A stretch of 64,000 nt of DNA from the NCBI GenBank assembly GCA_044892525.1, contig CM097885.1:53880001-53944000 (forward strand), given 5' to 3'. Of this stretch, positions 1 to 10,035 are shown piece after piece. Under the pieces are notes generated by a model that was not told where the DNA came from, searched no databases, and saw only the letters and a list, made by a program, of their open reading frames with translations. Numbering within the stretch: position 1 is the first letter of the stretch; every line of letters starts with the position of its first letter. The position numbers and the translations under genes are program-made. This stretch comes from Schmidtea polychroa. Lineage: Eukaryota.

Positions 1-818
1 CTTAACTCGATCACTCCCTTGTATCCGTAACTGTCTCTTTCTACTTCCTCTACATTTTTAGTGAGGTCTAATATCTGCCCTGCTTGTTGTGCTATCATAT
101 CATCCATCAAGACGGTTTTCCTGGTCATTCAACGCCCACTTCATGTATAAATATATTTCATACTCCATCGCTTTAATTATTTTCCTCATCCGTTTCAATT
201 CCTCTATTTGGTTTGCAAATTCTCCCAATACTTCACTTTCTCTCGGAAGGAGTAACTTCTTAAGCAATTTGCAAATCTGTTTCTCAAGCCCTGTGCGGAT
301 GCTTTTCCAGTTTCTGGCCTGCCAGAAAATCTGCCCTGTACGTTTCTCGGCTCGTTTCTTTTCCTTTTTCCAATTTTTGCTATTGACTTTCTCTCGTTCT
401 TTCATTTCTGTTACTAGTTGTTTTAAGTATTTGCTGTAGCTCTTCTGTCTTGTGATTTCTGCTGATTACCATTTGGCTGCTCTTTTTTTTTGCAGGCTTC
501 ATAAATTGCGATTTAATCTCTGATCTTGGTTATTTTCCCATTCTCTTGTTTCTTCTATTTCTTCTCTCATTCTATTCATGAATTGATGTGTTATTTTTAT
601 CCATTGGGCTTTGACATCACTAGTCACTTAAATTAATGTGTTTGTTGATTCGGTAGCTGTGCTTCATTCTTGGGTCATATTCTAAAATTATAAGGCGATA
701 AACTTGTTTCACAACATGTTTTTAATCTATCTGATTTTAGATCATTTTTTTGCTTGATTTTAAACGTTTATTGTCATTGGCATTCTTTACTTTTACTATA
801 TACAACATTTAGTTGGTA

Positions 819-1290
819 CAGAGCCGTTTTAAAATTGTCATAGGAGCTACTGTTGGGTGAAGTAAAGAGACCAGTATCAGTTGGTTTTCTAAAAATTCTG
901 CCTCATTTGTTTCTTTTTTCCTGTTGTATTAACAGATCCAAGAAAGCAAGTGATGATTTTTTCTCGGTTTTACATAAGAATACAATGTTTTATATCGACT
1001 ATTCATATAATGCAAAATCGGCTGAAATGCCTTTGATATTCAAATGTAAAAAAAATATCATTTTCATAACGTTTATAAACGGTAAGTTTCATAAATTGGA
1101 AAAATGCAATTTTCTTTTCTAAGCTTGCCAAAAAAATTGACGTTATCTTTAATGCTAAAGGAGAACCCACAGCAACTACATCTATTTGTCATTACTAATA
1201 TATAATTATATAATTTTTCCAAATGTAAATATTGCTTTATGAATTTATCTTTCAATTTTTGGATCAAGATGTGAAGGTGAACAATCTTTT
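819..1290 (-). pseudogene. Degenerate hAT transposase fragment (probable DUF4371-like region) next to a hAT-like terminus
   Basis: CAGAGCCGTTTTAA at 819 resembles a hAT TIR. Minus-strand frames give broken transposase-like peptides with many stops and frameshifts. Adjacent to clear hAT C-terminal sequence. Confidence 0.35.
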
Positions 1291-1292
1291 TC

Positions 1293-1448
1293 AAAACTAA
1301 AACTTATCTGCGGTCAACGATGGAACAATAACAATTGTCTTCTCTTGCACTTCTTTCAATTGAAAACGATTTATTGCGGGAAATGTCATTTGAAGAAGTT
1401 ATGTTTGATTTTGCTTATGCAAAGAGCCGCAAAGTTTATATAATTTAG
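1293..1448 (+). pseudogene. hAT C-terminal dimerisation-domain fragment (ZMYM1/Tip100-like)
   Basis: Translates to ...KTYLRSTMEQ*QLSSLALLSIENDLLREMSFEEVMFDFAYAKSRKVYII*, a typical hATC end. Confidence 0.8.
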
Positions 1449-2037
1449 TCTATTATTTAGGCTGCTGTGCATAACAACTTAACTAAAAAGTTTCTAATCA
1501 TAAAAGTGATTGATTTTGTATTTTGAATTTTGCTTTTTTGAATTTATTTCTCTATTTTTAATCACTCAATAAAAAAATGATCACTGTGCCTACTGGACAA
1601 TTCGGCTCTGCTCGAAACATCATATTTTGGATGAAAGAGAATTTCGTGACTTTCTTGAATTCGCTACTTCAAAAATCAATTTTCTTTTTAGTAATGAATA
1701 CTATTCATTACTAAAAAGAAAATTGATTTTTGAAGTAGCGAATTCAAGAAAGTCACGAAATTCTCTTTCATCCAAAATATGATGTTTCGAGCAGAGCCGA
1801 ATTGTCCAGTAGGCACAGTGATCATTTTTTTATTGAGTGATTAAAAATAGAGAAATAAATTCAAAAAAGCAAAATTCAAAATACAAAATCAATCACTTTT
1901 ATGATTAGAAACTTTTTAGTTAAGTTGTTATGCACAGCAGCCTAAATAATAGACTAAATTATATAAACTTTGCGGCTCTTTGCATAAGCAAAATCAAACA
2001 TAACTTCTTCAAATGACATTTCCCGCAATAAATCGTT
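1365..2037. repeat. Long palindrome: 336-bp arms around a 1-nt spacer at 1701
   Basis: Centre reads ...tttttagtaatgaata-C-tattcattactaaaaa...; symmetry holds out to 1365/2037 and breaks at 1364/2038. Confidence 0.95.
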
Positions 2038-2549
2038 GTTTTCTATCTGGGTCTTCATCATTTCAGAAACAGATTTCGTGTCGCCGAACATTCTTGAAAA
2101 CAAAAGAAACTCATCAGCAAATGCCTCTTCCAGATCTAATGAATATATCTTAATTAATTCGCTTGCTTTAGAAACTTTCATCGCTTGACAAAGATCTGTT
2201 AAGAAGAAAACTGAACCTGTAATGTAATCCTTCGTAAGATGCTCGCCGTTTTCCCATCTCAATGATAAGTCTGTCTATGATCATATAGAAGGACTGTATA
2301 TGGAAATTGTCACTAGCACTCAAATTAAAACTCATATCAATATGATTCTCATCCATCACGATGTCGTGAAATCTTGTTCGCACATGTTTGCGCTTTGTAC
2401 ATTCTTTGTAATCGGATTTTGAAAGATCTTTCGCCATACCTTCAAACTCTTCGAATTTATTACGTGTTTTGTGAGACTGCCATACAATTTTATGACAGTA
2501 CACAACTCGAAGCCAGGCTGCTGCAAAGCTTTATTGACTATATTAATTT
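1954..2549 (-). pseudogene. hAT transposase, 3' part (interrupted by the Gypsy element)
   Basis: ORFs 2168..2503 and 1954..2262 (FYMIIDRLIIEMGKR; FDFAYAKSRKV). The frame joins 16294 onward across the Gypsy TSD as WKDILQQI/NIVNKALQQ. Confidence 0.85.
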
Positions 2550-3355
2550 TGTTGGGGTTAGAGCAAAAATAAAATAAATTTCACAGGGTACCAGAAAACA
2601 GAACAGAAATTGGTAAAATCAATATAAGTACAAAATTAATTAAAATTAAATAAAAATTAAAAATCAATATTGAACGGGGGTATCGGGTATGGTTGAATGC
2701 CAAATTGTTAGACGAGGTTAGAAAGCATAATAAAAATGTAATAGGGTGACCATAGAAAAAGTTAATAAGGAAAAACAAATTAATTAAAATTAATTAATCT
2801 TTAATGGAAAGCCCGAGCCAATGGAAAGCCCGAGCCCATGGGAAACCCGAGCACTGAAGAAAACCCGATGCGCAGTGAGACCCGAGACACCAGATAAGGG
2901 AATAACAATTCGGATAATAATCGCAGGGTAAATAAATTAAAATAATTGTCGAACCATTCCAAATTTACTTAGGGTGCCCGGGGAAATAATTAATTTCATT
3001 TTGTTAGATAATTGGCCTCTTAAAAACAGTATAAAAGGAGAGCTTAGAAATGAGCAAGCCGCCATTTGGTCGAAGAGAAAAAGAAAAAAGCTAAACAGAA
3101 AATCCAGCAAGGACAAGTCAAAAGAGGAAATTTGTGAATTATAAAGAAGCTAAATCGTACAAGACAAGGTAATTACCCCTTGGGTTTCTTACCTTAGCGA
3201 ACCAAATTCAAATTGAGAGAAAGGTGCAAATAGTGACAAATTGTAATTGTGATAAAAAGTGAATATAGTTATTCTGTGTTGAGTTTTCGTTGATTTGGTA
3301 AAATAAGGACACGAGGAGTCAGAGACAGGACCGACTTACAAGTAAAAACTCAACA
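2550..3355 (+). repeat. 5' LTR
   Basis: TGTTGGGG...CTCAACA; near-identical to 15488-16293. Confidence 0.97.
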
Positions 3356-3358
3356 TTT

Positions 3359-3376
3359 TGGTGAGCCCGACGTGAT
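3359..3376 (+). promoter_or_regulatory. Primer-binding site, tRNA-Trp type
   Basis: TGGTGAGCCCGACGTGAT lies 3 nt after the LTR; one mismatch from the canonical tRNA-Trp PBS TGGTGACCCCGACGTGAT. Confidence 0.9.
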
Positions 3377-3459
3377 CAAGTCGGCAGTGAATATTGTGGA
3401 AAAGTGAAGAGAAAATTAAAAATAATTGAAAGTTGAATATAATTGCCGAGATATAAAGT

Positions 3460-3600
3460 TGAAATTAAATTTGTTAAAGAGAAATTAAATTGAAAAAGAA
3501 AAGAAAGAATTGAAATTAAATTTGTTAAAGAGAAATTAAATTGAAAGAGAAAAGAAAAAATTGAAATTGAATTTGTTAAAGAGAAAATAAATTGAAAAAA
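3460..3600 (+). repeat. Three imperfect ~50-bp tandem repeats in the 5' leader
   Basis: gaaattaaatttgttaaagagaaattaaattgaaa... repeated three times. Confidence 0.8.
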
Positions 3601-3798
3601 GAGAAATTGAACAAATTGTGCAGTTGAAATAAAAGAGTGAAAATTAACAAAATTTAAAAGATATTGAAATAAAGTTGTGGAAAAGTTACAAAATTTATAA
3701 AAACTATTATTGGAAATTAATTCAAAATTAAAACAAAAGGTAAAGTTAAAAATTGTAATTTTTTAAAATTTAGACGAGAAATAGTTGTCCAAGAGAAA

Positions 3799-5169
3799 TT
3801 GTATAATCTGAGAAGTAAAAAACACTTGGAAAATATGGCGACGAGCAACTCAAATATCAATGAACAAATCTCAGTGTCTACTACTCAAGCGAACAATGGA
3901 AATGATTATGCCAGTTGTCAAAAGTTACCAGTTGAGCAATATGGAGGAGATCCAGTCGAATTTGTTGACTTTATGGCAGATTACTACATGTATGCTACAG
4001 CTTATGGATGGAGCCAAGCAACTATGGTACAACGTCTACCATTATATTTAAAAGGAGCTGCGCGAGAGGGTTGGCAACAGATTGATAAACGACCTATAGC
4101 AAATGATTGGACAAGATTGAAAGATGCGTTGGCAGCCAAGTTGATTGGAGGAGATATAAAGAGAATGATGTGTCAAAAGTTTTACAGTCGAGTGCAAAAG
4201 CCCGATGAATCTATAAGTGAGTTTGCTTATCATTTAACTACTCTTGCAGAGAAAGCGTTCGAAGTAAAACCAGATCAAGAAGAAGTGGCAAAGAAAGTCA
4301 AGGAATTACTTCAGGACCAATTTTTGACAGGAGTCAAGAAAGAAATCAAAAAGGCTTTGTGTTTTGTTGATTTTACAAATTTTGATGACTTGATTAGAAA
4401 AGCCATGAGAATTGAAATGAATCTTAAAACGACCCAGACAAAGGCGGAATCATTTGCGATTATCAATGAGCCTAGAGATAGATCTATAACCCCAGTCAGC
4501 GATAACTTGCTTCAAAGATCAACCAGTCCATCTCCCAAGTTCAGAGTGAAATTTGAACCAAGAAAGTCAACAGACATGCCAAATGAGGAAAGAGAAAGAA
4601 CTCTACAATGCAGTCATTGCCAGAGAATGGGTCATCACATAAATCAATGCTGGTTTAAAAATAACATTCGAAGAAGCCCTAGTCCGGTTCAGTGTGATTA
4701 CTGTCAAAGAAAAGGACATAGCAATAGCCAATGTTGGTTCAAAAATAACGAACAGCGTAGTCCAAAGGGAATGCGGTCAGAATGGCTGAAAAGTAATGGT
4801 GAGAAAAGTTTTAACAGAACGAATATCAGTAACCAGAGAACTAATGATAACATACAATGCTATAATTGTGGAAGGAAAGGACATGTCACTCGAAATTGTT
4901 TTGCAAGATCCAGATCTCCATCAACATCACCCTCACCGCAAAGAGACAGAGTTAACTTACAAGGCCAAATCCAATGTCATTCCTGTAGAGGCTATGGACA
5001 TATGGCTAGATCTTGTCCAAAGAGTAATAATATATTTCAAAGGCCAATATTAAAGAAGACGAGATTTCAGAAAGACAAATCGCAATCTGACAATATAGCT
5101 TTTGCGCAAACAGATGATTTTAACGAGAGGATTGAAAATGAGATGAAGCAGATGAAAGTGAAAGGCTAA
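3799..5169 (+). CDS. gag: Gag with four CCHC zinc knuckles (first ATG at 3835)
   Basis: Capsid-like region (LYLKGAAREGW; QKPDESISEF) and Cx2Cx4Hx4C four times (CSHC, CDYC, CYNC, CHSC). Confidence 0.93.
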   Translation: MYNLRSKKHLENMATSNSNINEQISVSTTQANNGNDYASCQKLPVEQYGGDPVEFVDFMADYYMYATAYGWSQATMVQRLPLYLKGAAREGWQQIDKRPIANDWTRLKDALAAKLIGGDIKRMMCQKFYSRVQKPDESISEFAYHLTTLAEKAFEVKPDQEEVAKKVKELLQDQFLTGVKKEIKKALCFVDFTNFDDLIRKAMRIEMNLKTTQTKAESFAIINEPRDRSITPVSDNLLQRSTSPSPKFRVKFEPRKSTDMPNEERERTLQCSHCQRMGHHINQCWFKNNIRRSPSPVQCDYCQRKGHSNSQCWFKNNEQRSPKGMRSEWLKSNGEKSFNRTNISNQRTNDNIQCYNCGRKGHVTRNCFARSRSPSTSPSPQRDRVNLQGQIQCHSCRGYGHMARSCPKSNNIFQRPILKKTRFQKDKSQSDNIAFAQTDDFNERIENEMKQMKVKG

Positions 5170-5174
5170 AAGAA

Positions 5175-6074
5175 ATGAAACCAGTAGAACATATTAAACT
5201 AGAAGCCGAAAGGATTGAACCAACAAGTACTGAAATAGAACGGAAAAACATGCTAAGATTACCATGTAGTTATGCGTTGATGACAATAGGAAATAGAGGT
5301 AAACAACCTCGAATAAATATACTATTTAACGAGAGAAAGGTCAAAGCATTATTAGATTCCGGTTCCAGTCATACTATAGTGTCAGATAAACTGTTGACAA
5401 GGGAAGAGAGAGCAAAGATGAAACCGACGAATAAAATTATTAAATCAATGTCTCACAATGTACTGAATATAATCGGGAAGCTAGAAGTCAAATTAATTAT
5501 TGGTAATCAAGAAATAACACATTATGTGTCGGTAATGAGTAAAAGCCCTGTTGAATGTCTAATTGGTATGGATGTTATGGAGCAACTGCGAGGAATTGCG
5601 CTGGATCTGACAACAGGAAAATTAATAAAGGGACAATTAGATACAGTTGCAAATAAACCAAGAGAAGTTGTTTTAAATCAAACGTTGGAAATACCAGCAA
5701 GAAGTGAAATAATATGTTATGCTAGTGTAGCCAACACGTCAGATGACGAATGTGTGTTCGAATCCAGTCGAAAACTAGTAGAGAAATACGAATTGCCAAT
5801 GTGCGACGAGATAGTACAAGTAAAAGATCAGGCAGTGCCAGTGAGAATGGCTAATCTTAGCACAAAATCTATTCAAATGAAACCTAACACGAAGTTAGGA
5901 AAGTTAATGAAATTTAAAACAGAAGAAGCCCAAAAATTACCGAGAAACATTAAAATTTATAGAAAACCACAAGTGATGAGCAACGATTTGACAGAAGCAC
6001 AAAAACAACAGTTTATGGCATTATTAAAAAGGTACAAAAGACGATTTGGGACTTACCCAGGTGATCGAACATGA
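5175..6074 (+). CDS. Retropepsin aspartic protease, out of frame with gag and RT (probably small deletions)
   Basis: ALLDSGSSHT catalytic motif and CLIGMD; junction ...RYK/DDLGLTQVIEH looks deleted. Confidence 0.88.
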   Translation: MKPVEHIKLEAERIEPTSTEIERKNMLRLPCSYALMTIGNRGKQPRINILFNERKVKALLDSGSSHTIVSDKLLTREERAKMKPTNKIIKSMSHNVLNIIGKLEVKLIIGNQEITHYVSVMSKSPVECLIGMDVMEQLRGIALDLTTGKLIKGQLDTVANKPREVVLNQTLEIPARSEIICYASVANTSDDECVFESSRKLVEKYELPMCDEIVQVKDQAVPVRMANLSTKSIQMKPNTKLGKLMKFKTEEAQKLPRNIKIYRKPQVMSNDLTEAQKQQFMALLKRYKRRFGTYPGDRT

Positions 6075-9000
6075 GATACCACTACTCGATGAAACTCCTA
6101 TTAAATTACGACCGTATAGAATCCCTTATATACATCAAGAGGAAAGTGATAGACAGATAAAAGCGATAAAAGAGTTTGACATAATAAGAGACAGTTCATC
6201 ACCATTCTCATCATCAATAGTAGTAGTCAAAAAGAAAGACGGCGATTTACGGTTTTGTGCGGATTATAGAAAATTGAATCAGGCTACAAGAAAAGACACC
6301 TACCCTATTCCAGTTCCACAGGAAATGTTTGATCAAATGGGAGAAGTACAATTCTTCACAGTAATCGATTTGAATAAGGGATATAATCAATTTAAAGTAA
6401 AAGAAGAAGATAGAAGGAAAACGGCATTTTCAGACGGTAAAGGTTTGTACGAATTCGATGTGTTACCATTTGGCTTAACGGGAGCGCCAGCCACGTTCCA
6501 GCGAGGTATGAATTTTGTGTTAAGAGACATCCCACACGCATTAGTTTATATTGATGATATAATAATATTTTCGAATAATTTTCAGGAACATTTGGAAGAT
6601 GTAGAAACAGTATTCCAAAGATTGTTAAAGGCGAATTTAAAAATAAAACCCTCAAAATGTGAGTGGGGGAAATCAGAGGTAGTCTATGTTGGTCATATTA
6701 TATCCCGAAATGGATTACAGCCAAACCCCGAAAATGTAGAAAAAATTAAAAATTATCCAATTCCAAAAAATGTAGATCATGTTAGACAATTTCTCGGATT
6801 AGCCAGTTATTATAGAAAATTCATTAAAGATTTTGCGCATGTAGCACAACCCCTGAACATGTTATTAAAAAAGCAGGCTCAATTTAAATGGACAAAAACA
6901 CAACAGGAAGCATTCGAATCGCTGAAAGAAAGTTTGATTAAAAAACCAATATTGAGATGTCCAAATTTTAAAATACCATTTATCCTAATGACAGATGCGA
7001 GCAATTTTGCGTTGGGCGCAGTACTAGGACAACAGGTTGAAGGAGAAAGAGATCACGTCATCGCATATGCGAGTAGAACTTTGAAACCGCATGAAAAGCA
7101 TTATTCTACGATTGAAAAAGAAACGTTGGCATTAGTTTATGGAATAACTACATTTCGACAGTATTTAGTTGGGAGAAGATTTGTTGTCTTTACGGACCAT
7201 AACCCTTTACAATGGCTCATGAAGCATAGAGATTCAACAAGTAAGTTGATTAGATGGTCAATTGCACTACATGAATATGATTTTGAAATCAAATACCGTA
7301 CGGGTAAATCAAATGCAAATGCAGACACACTATCGAGAATCCCTGAGGAAAATAATAATAATAATGAAAAAACGAACTATAATGATACAATATTTATGGT
7401 AATTAAATCAGCAAATAATATAAAGGAATTACAATATGATCAAGAAAATGATGAGGAACTAAATCAATTACGAAAAAATGCAGTAACAATTAAAAAGGAG
7501 AGTGATTGGAAACATATTGTTGAGGAAAAACATAAATATATTATCCACGAGGGTTTATTAAAATGTGTAAAAAATGAAAATTTACTAATTATAGTTCCAG
7601 CAAAACATCGAGAAGCATTATTGTTGATTTACCACGATGGAGCACTAGGAGGGCATTTATCAGCTCGAAAAACTTTATCAAGATTGAGATTGAAGTATTA
7701 TTGGGAGACAATGGAACAAGATATCAAACAATGGTGCCATACTTGTAAAGTATGTTTGACAAGACGAAATACAGGAAGGAAAATAAAAGTTCCACTAAGA
7801 CCTATGCCGGTGCCAGCAGCGCCAATGGAAATGACAGCAATGGACATTGTCGGTCCATTGCCGGAAACAATAAATGGCAATAAATATATCGTTGTATTTT
7901 GCGACTATCTAACTAAATGGCCAGAAGCATATGCCATGCAAAATCAAAAGGCAGAAACAGTTGCAAAAATATTAGTAGAAAACATTATTTTCCGATATGG
8001 AGCACCAAAGAAATTGCTTACGGATCAAGGAACGAATTTTCAAAGTGAATTATTTAGTTCGATATCGGAGCTATTTGGTATATTAAAACTTAGTACATCA
8101 CCATATCATCCACAAACAGATGGCCTAGTAGAAAGGTTTAACGGAACATTAATTAATATGATATCATCTTATGTAAATCGAAAACAAAGAGATTGGGATT
8201 TATTTATCAAACCATGTTTATTCGCATATCGAAATGCAGTTAATGAAAGCACTGGTGAAACACCCTTTTATCTTATGTATCTACGGCGAAATAATATGCC
8301 AATTGATTTGAAATTTCAAACACCTATATCACAGTATATGGATATATCCGATTATAAAGTAATCATGCATGAGAGATTACAGTCAGTGTGGGCTCAAGCT
8401 GGTTTAAAAATAAGACATAGCCAGGAAACGTATAAAGAATCCTACGACAGAAAAGCACATGCTCATAATATTAAAATAGGAGATTTAGTCTATGTGAATA
8501 AACCAGAACCAGAAAAGGGCTTGTCACCAAAGTTGCAACGACCGTTTAAAGGACCGTATATTGTATGTGATACAACAGAAACCAACCTGAAATTACGTCC
8601 ACAGAATAATAAAAAGGCTGGGACAATTATAGTTCATGCAAATCGTTGTAAGAAAGTGCCGGCAATGGAGAGTGATAGATATCCGTTAAGATCGAAAAAG
8701 AACAAATCAGTAGAAGAAAAAGTGGTCAAGCAAAAAGTTATTAAAAACCCAGTACCCTTAGGATATACCACGAAAGTCTTATTGATAACAACAATAATGC
8801 TACTAAATGTTTTGGGAACAAATGCAGGTAGATCTTTTCCAAAATATGCAATAAAAAGGGTCCCATTATTGGAGAAAATTCATATATATTCAACATGTAC
8901 CCAAATAGTATGGTTTTATCTGTGTGGGTCAACGGAAGAAATAGAAATAAGTAATTTATTAAATCACTTTGATCCACCTGTAAAGTTGAATTTCAATAAA

Positions 9001-9987
9001 AATATTTTCGTGGCTCGTCAATTAACAGTCAATTATAAATACACTTGGCAAATAACAGAGTTACTATTTCAAAATAATAATACAAAAATATGTAATATAA
9101 TCCAAATTGAAATATTAACAAAAAATTTAAACAGTCTGGTTTCAATAGAACCAGTAGTGAATGGAATCGACGTGTATTGGGAACCCCACGAATCCCAAAA
9201 AGTGAAATTAATCTTCCAAAATAATATTATCGATACATTAAACAGCAGAAAACCCTTTGTCCATTACAATAATTTAAAATTAAATCAAACGTATGATATC
9301 GTTGTGCAATATTATGAAAAGCTTTTGCGTGAAAATGGTACCGAAATCGATAATCAGTGGGTAAAAATTGAGTCTATTCGACAATCCATAAAATTGGAAA
9401 ATGAACCAAATCGTATTATTTTACGATATGATAATCAAAAATGGATAGCCACACGACAAGCGATAACCAATAACAAAGTGGAAATTTATTATTGCGGAAA
9501 ACTGCAAGCTATATTGCAAGGTAATATTACATCTAAAATATTAACATTTCAGCAAATACGTTCAAAGTCAACTTCAAAAATTGTGATTGTAAAAATAAAA
9601 TATTATCAACGTGCTTTTCATCCCGATCATTGGAAAATCGTTCTAGTGGAAAGTAAATCTATTCGAGTACAATTTGATAGAACTGAGGGAGAAAGCTCAA
9701 AATATAGGCACAATTCATCAACCAATGTGATTCATCAACTCATAAATGACATTAATTCTTCTCTTATTAATGGAACACGAATTCCAAGAAACAAAACTAC
9801 ATTCTCATTATCAAATGATTTTGAAAATACTTATGTTATTTTGTCATCTATCATCATCAGTGTGACACCATTTTTCATTATCATTCTTCTCACTCTACTG
9901 ATTTACTTTCAAAGACTTAACAGACAATATGAATGTCAATCCAAGACCTCAAAACCTTGGATTGTCTATGAGGAAACATGGGTCTAG
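6046..9987 (+). CDS. pol: Pol (RT, RNase H, integrase) fused to a C-terminal membrane-protein domain
   Basis: RT LPFGL and VYIDD; RNase H TDAS, EKE, TDH; integrase HHCC (GGH...CHTCKVC), D-D-E (MDIVGP, TDQG, ERFN) and GPY motif. Confidence 0.96.
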   Translation: MGLTQVIEHEIPLLDETPIKLRPYRIPYIHQEESDRQIKAIKEFDIIRDSSSPFSSSIVVVKKKDGDLRFCADYRKLNQATRKDTYPIPVPQEMFDQMGEVQFFTVIDLNKGYNQFKVKEEDRRKTAFSDGKGLYEFDVLPFGLTGAPATFQRGMNFVLRDIPHALVYIDDIIIFSNNFQEHLEDVETVFQRLLKANLKIKPSKCEWGKSEVVYVGHIISRNGLQPNPENVEKIKNYPIPKNVDHVRQFLGLASYYRKFIKDFAHVAQPLNMLLKKQAQFKWTKTQQEAFESLKESLIKKPILRCPNFKIPFILMTDASNFALGAVLGQQVEGERDHVIAYASRTLKPHEKHYSTIEKETLALVYGITTFRQYLVGRRFVVFTDHNPLQWLMKHRDSTSKLIRWSIALHEYDFEIKYRTGKSNANADTLSRIPEENNNNNEKTNYNDTIFMVIKSANNIKELQYDQENDEELNQLRKNAVTIKKESDWKHIVEEKHKYIIHEGLLKCVKNENLLIIVPAKHREALLLIYHDGALGGHLSARKTLSRLRLKYYWETMEQDIKQWCHTCKVCLTRRNTGRKIKVPLRPMPVPAAPMEMTAMDIVGPLPETINGNKYIVVFCDYLTKWPEAYAMQNQKAETVAKILVENIIFRYGAPKKLLTDQGTNFQSELFSSISELFGILKLSTSPYHPQTDGLVERFNGTLINMISSYVNRKQRDWDLFIKPCLFAYRNAVNESTGETPFYLMYLRRNNMPIDLKFQTPISQYMDISDYKVIMHERLQSVWAQAGLKIRHSQETYKESYDRKAHAHNIKIGDLVYVNKPEPEKGLSPKLQRPFKGPYIVCDTTETNLKLRPQNNKKAGTIIVHANRCKKVPAMESDRYPLRSKKNKSVEEKVVKQKVIKNPVPLGYTTKVLLITTIMLLNVLGTNAGRSFPKYAIKRVPLLEKIHIYSTCTQIVWFYLCGSTEEIEISNLLNHFDPPVKLNFNKNIFVARQLTVNYKYTWQITELLFQNNNTKICNIIQIEILTKNLNSLVSIEPVVNGIDVYWEPHESQKVKLIFQNNIIDTLNSRKPFVHYNNLKLNQTYDIVVQYYEKLLRENGTEIDNQWVKIESIRQSIKLENEPNRIILRYDNQKWIATRQAITNNKVEIYYCGKLQAILQGNITSKILTFQQIRSKSTSKIVIVKIKYYQRAFHPDHWKIVLVESKSIRVQFDRTEGESSKYRHNSSTNVIHQLINDINSSLINGTRIPRNKTTFSLSNDFENTYVILSSIIISVTPFFIIILLTLLIYFQRLNRQYECQSKTSKPWIVYEETWV
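8773..9987 (+). other. Env-like type-I membrane glycoprotein domain within the pol ORF
   Basis: Hydrophobic signal-like stretch KVLLITTIMLLNVLGTNAG, about 8 N-x-S/T sequons, FN3-like pattern (IDVYWEP...YNNLKLNQTYDIVVQ), TM segment 9832-9909, short tail ending ETWV. Confidence 0.7.
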
Positions 9988-10035
9988 TGAGATACATTTA
10001 TTTTGCATGCAATTATGATATTATAATAGTACTGT

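Noticed and set aside
89..439. ORFs at the window start
   Set aside because: No recognisable motif; possibly decayed TE coding sequence, but not assignable.
5110..5175. Programmed -1 frameshift between gag and protease
   Set aside because: No canonical slippery heptamer in the short overlap (5142-5169); a deletion is more likely.
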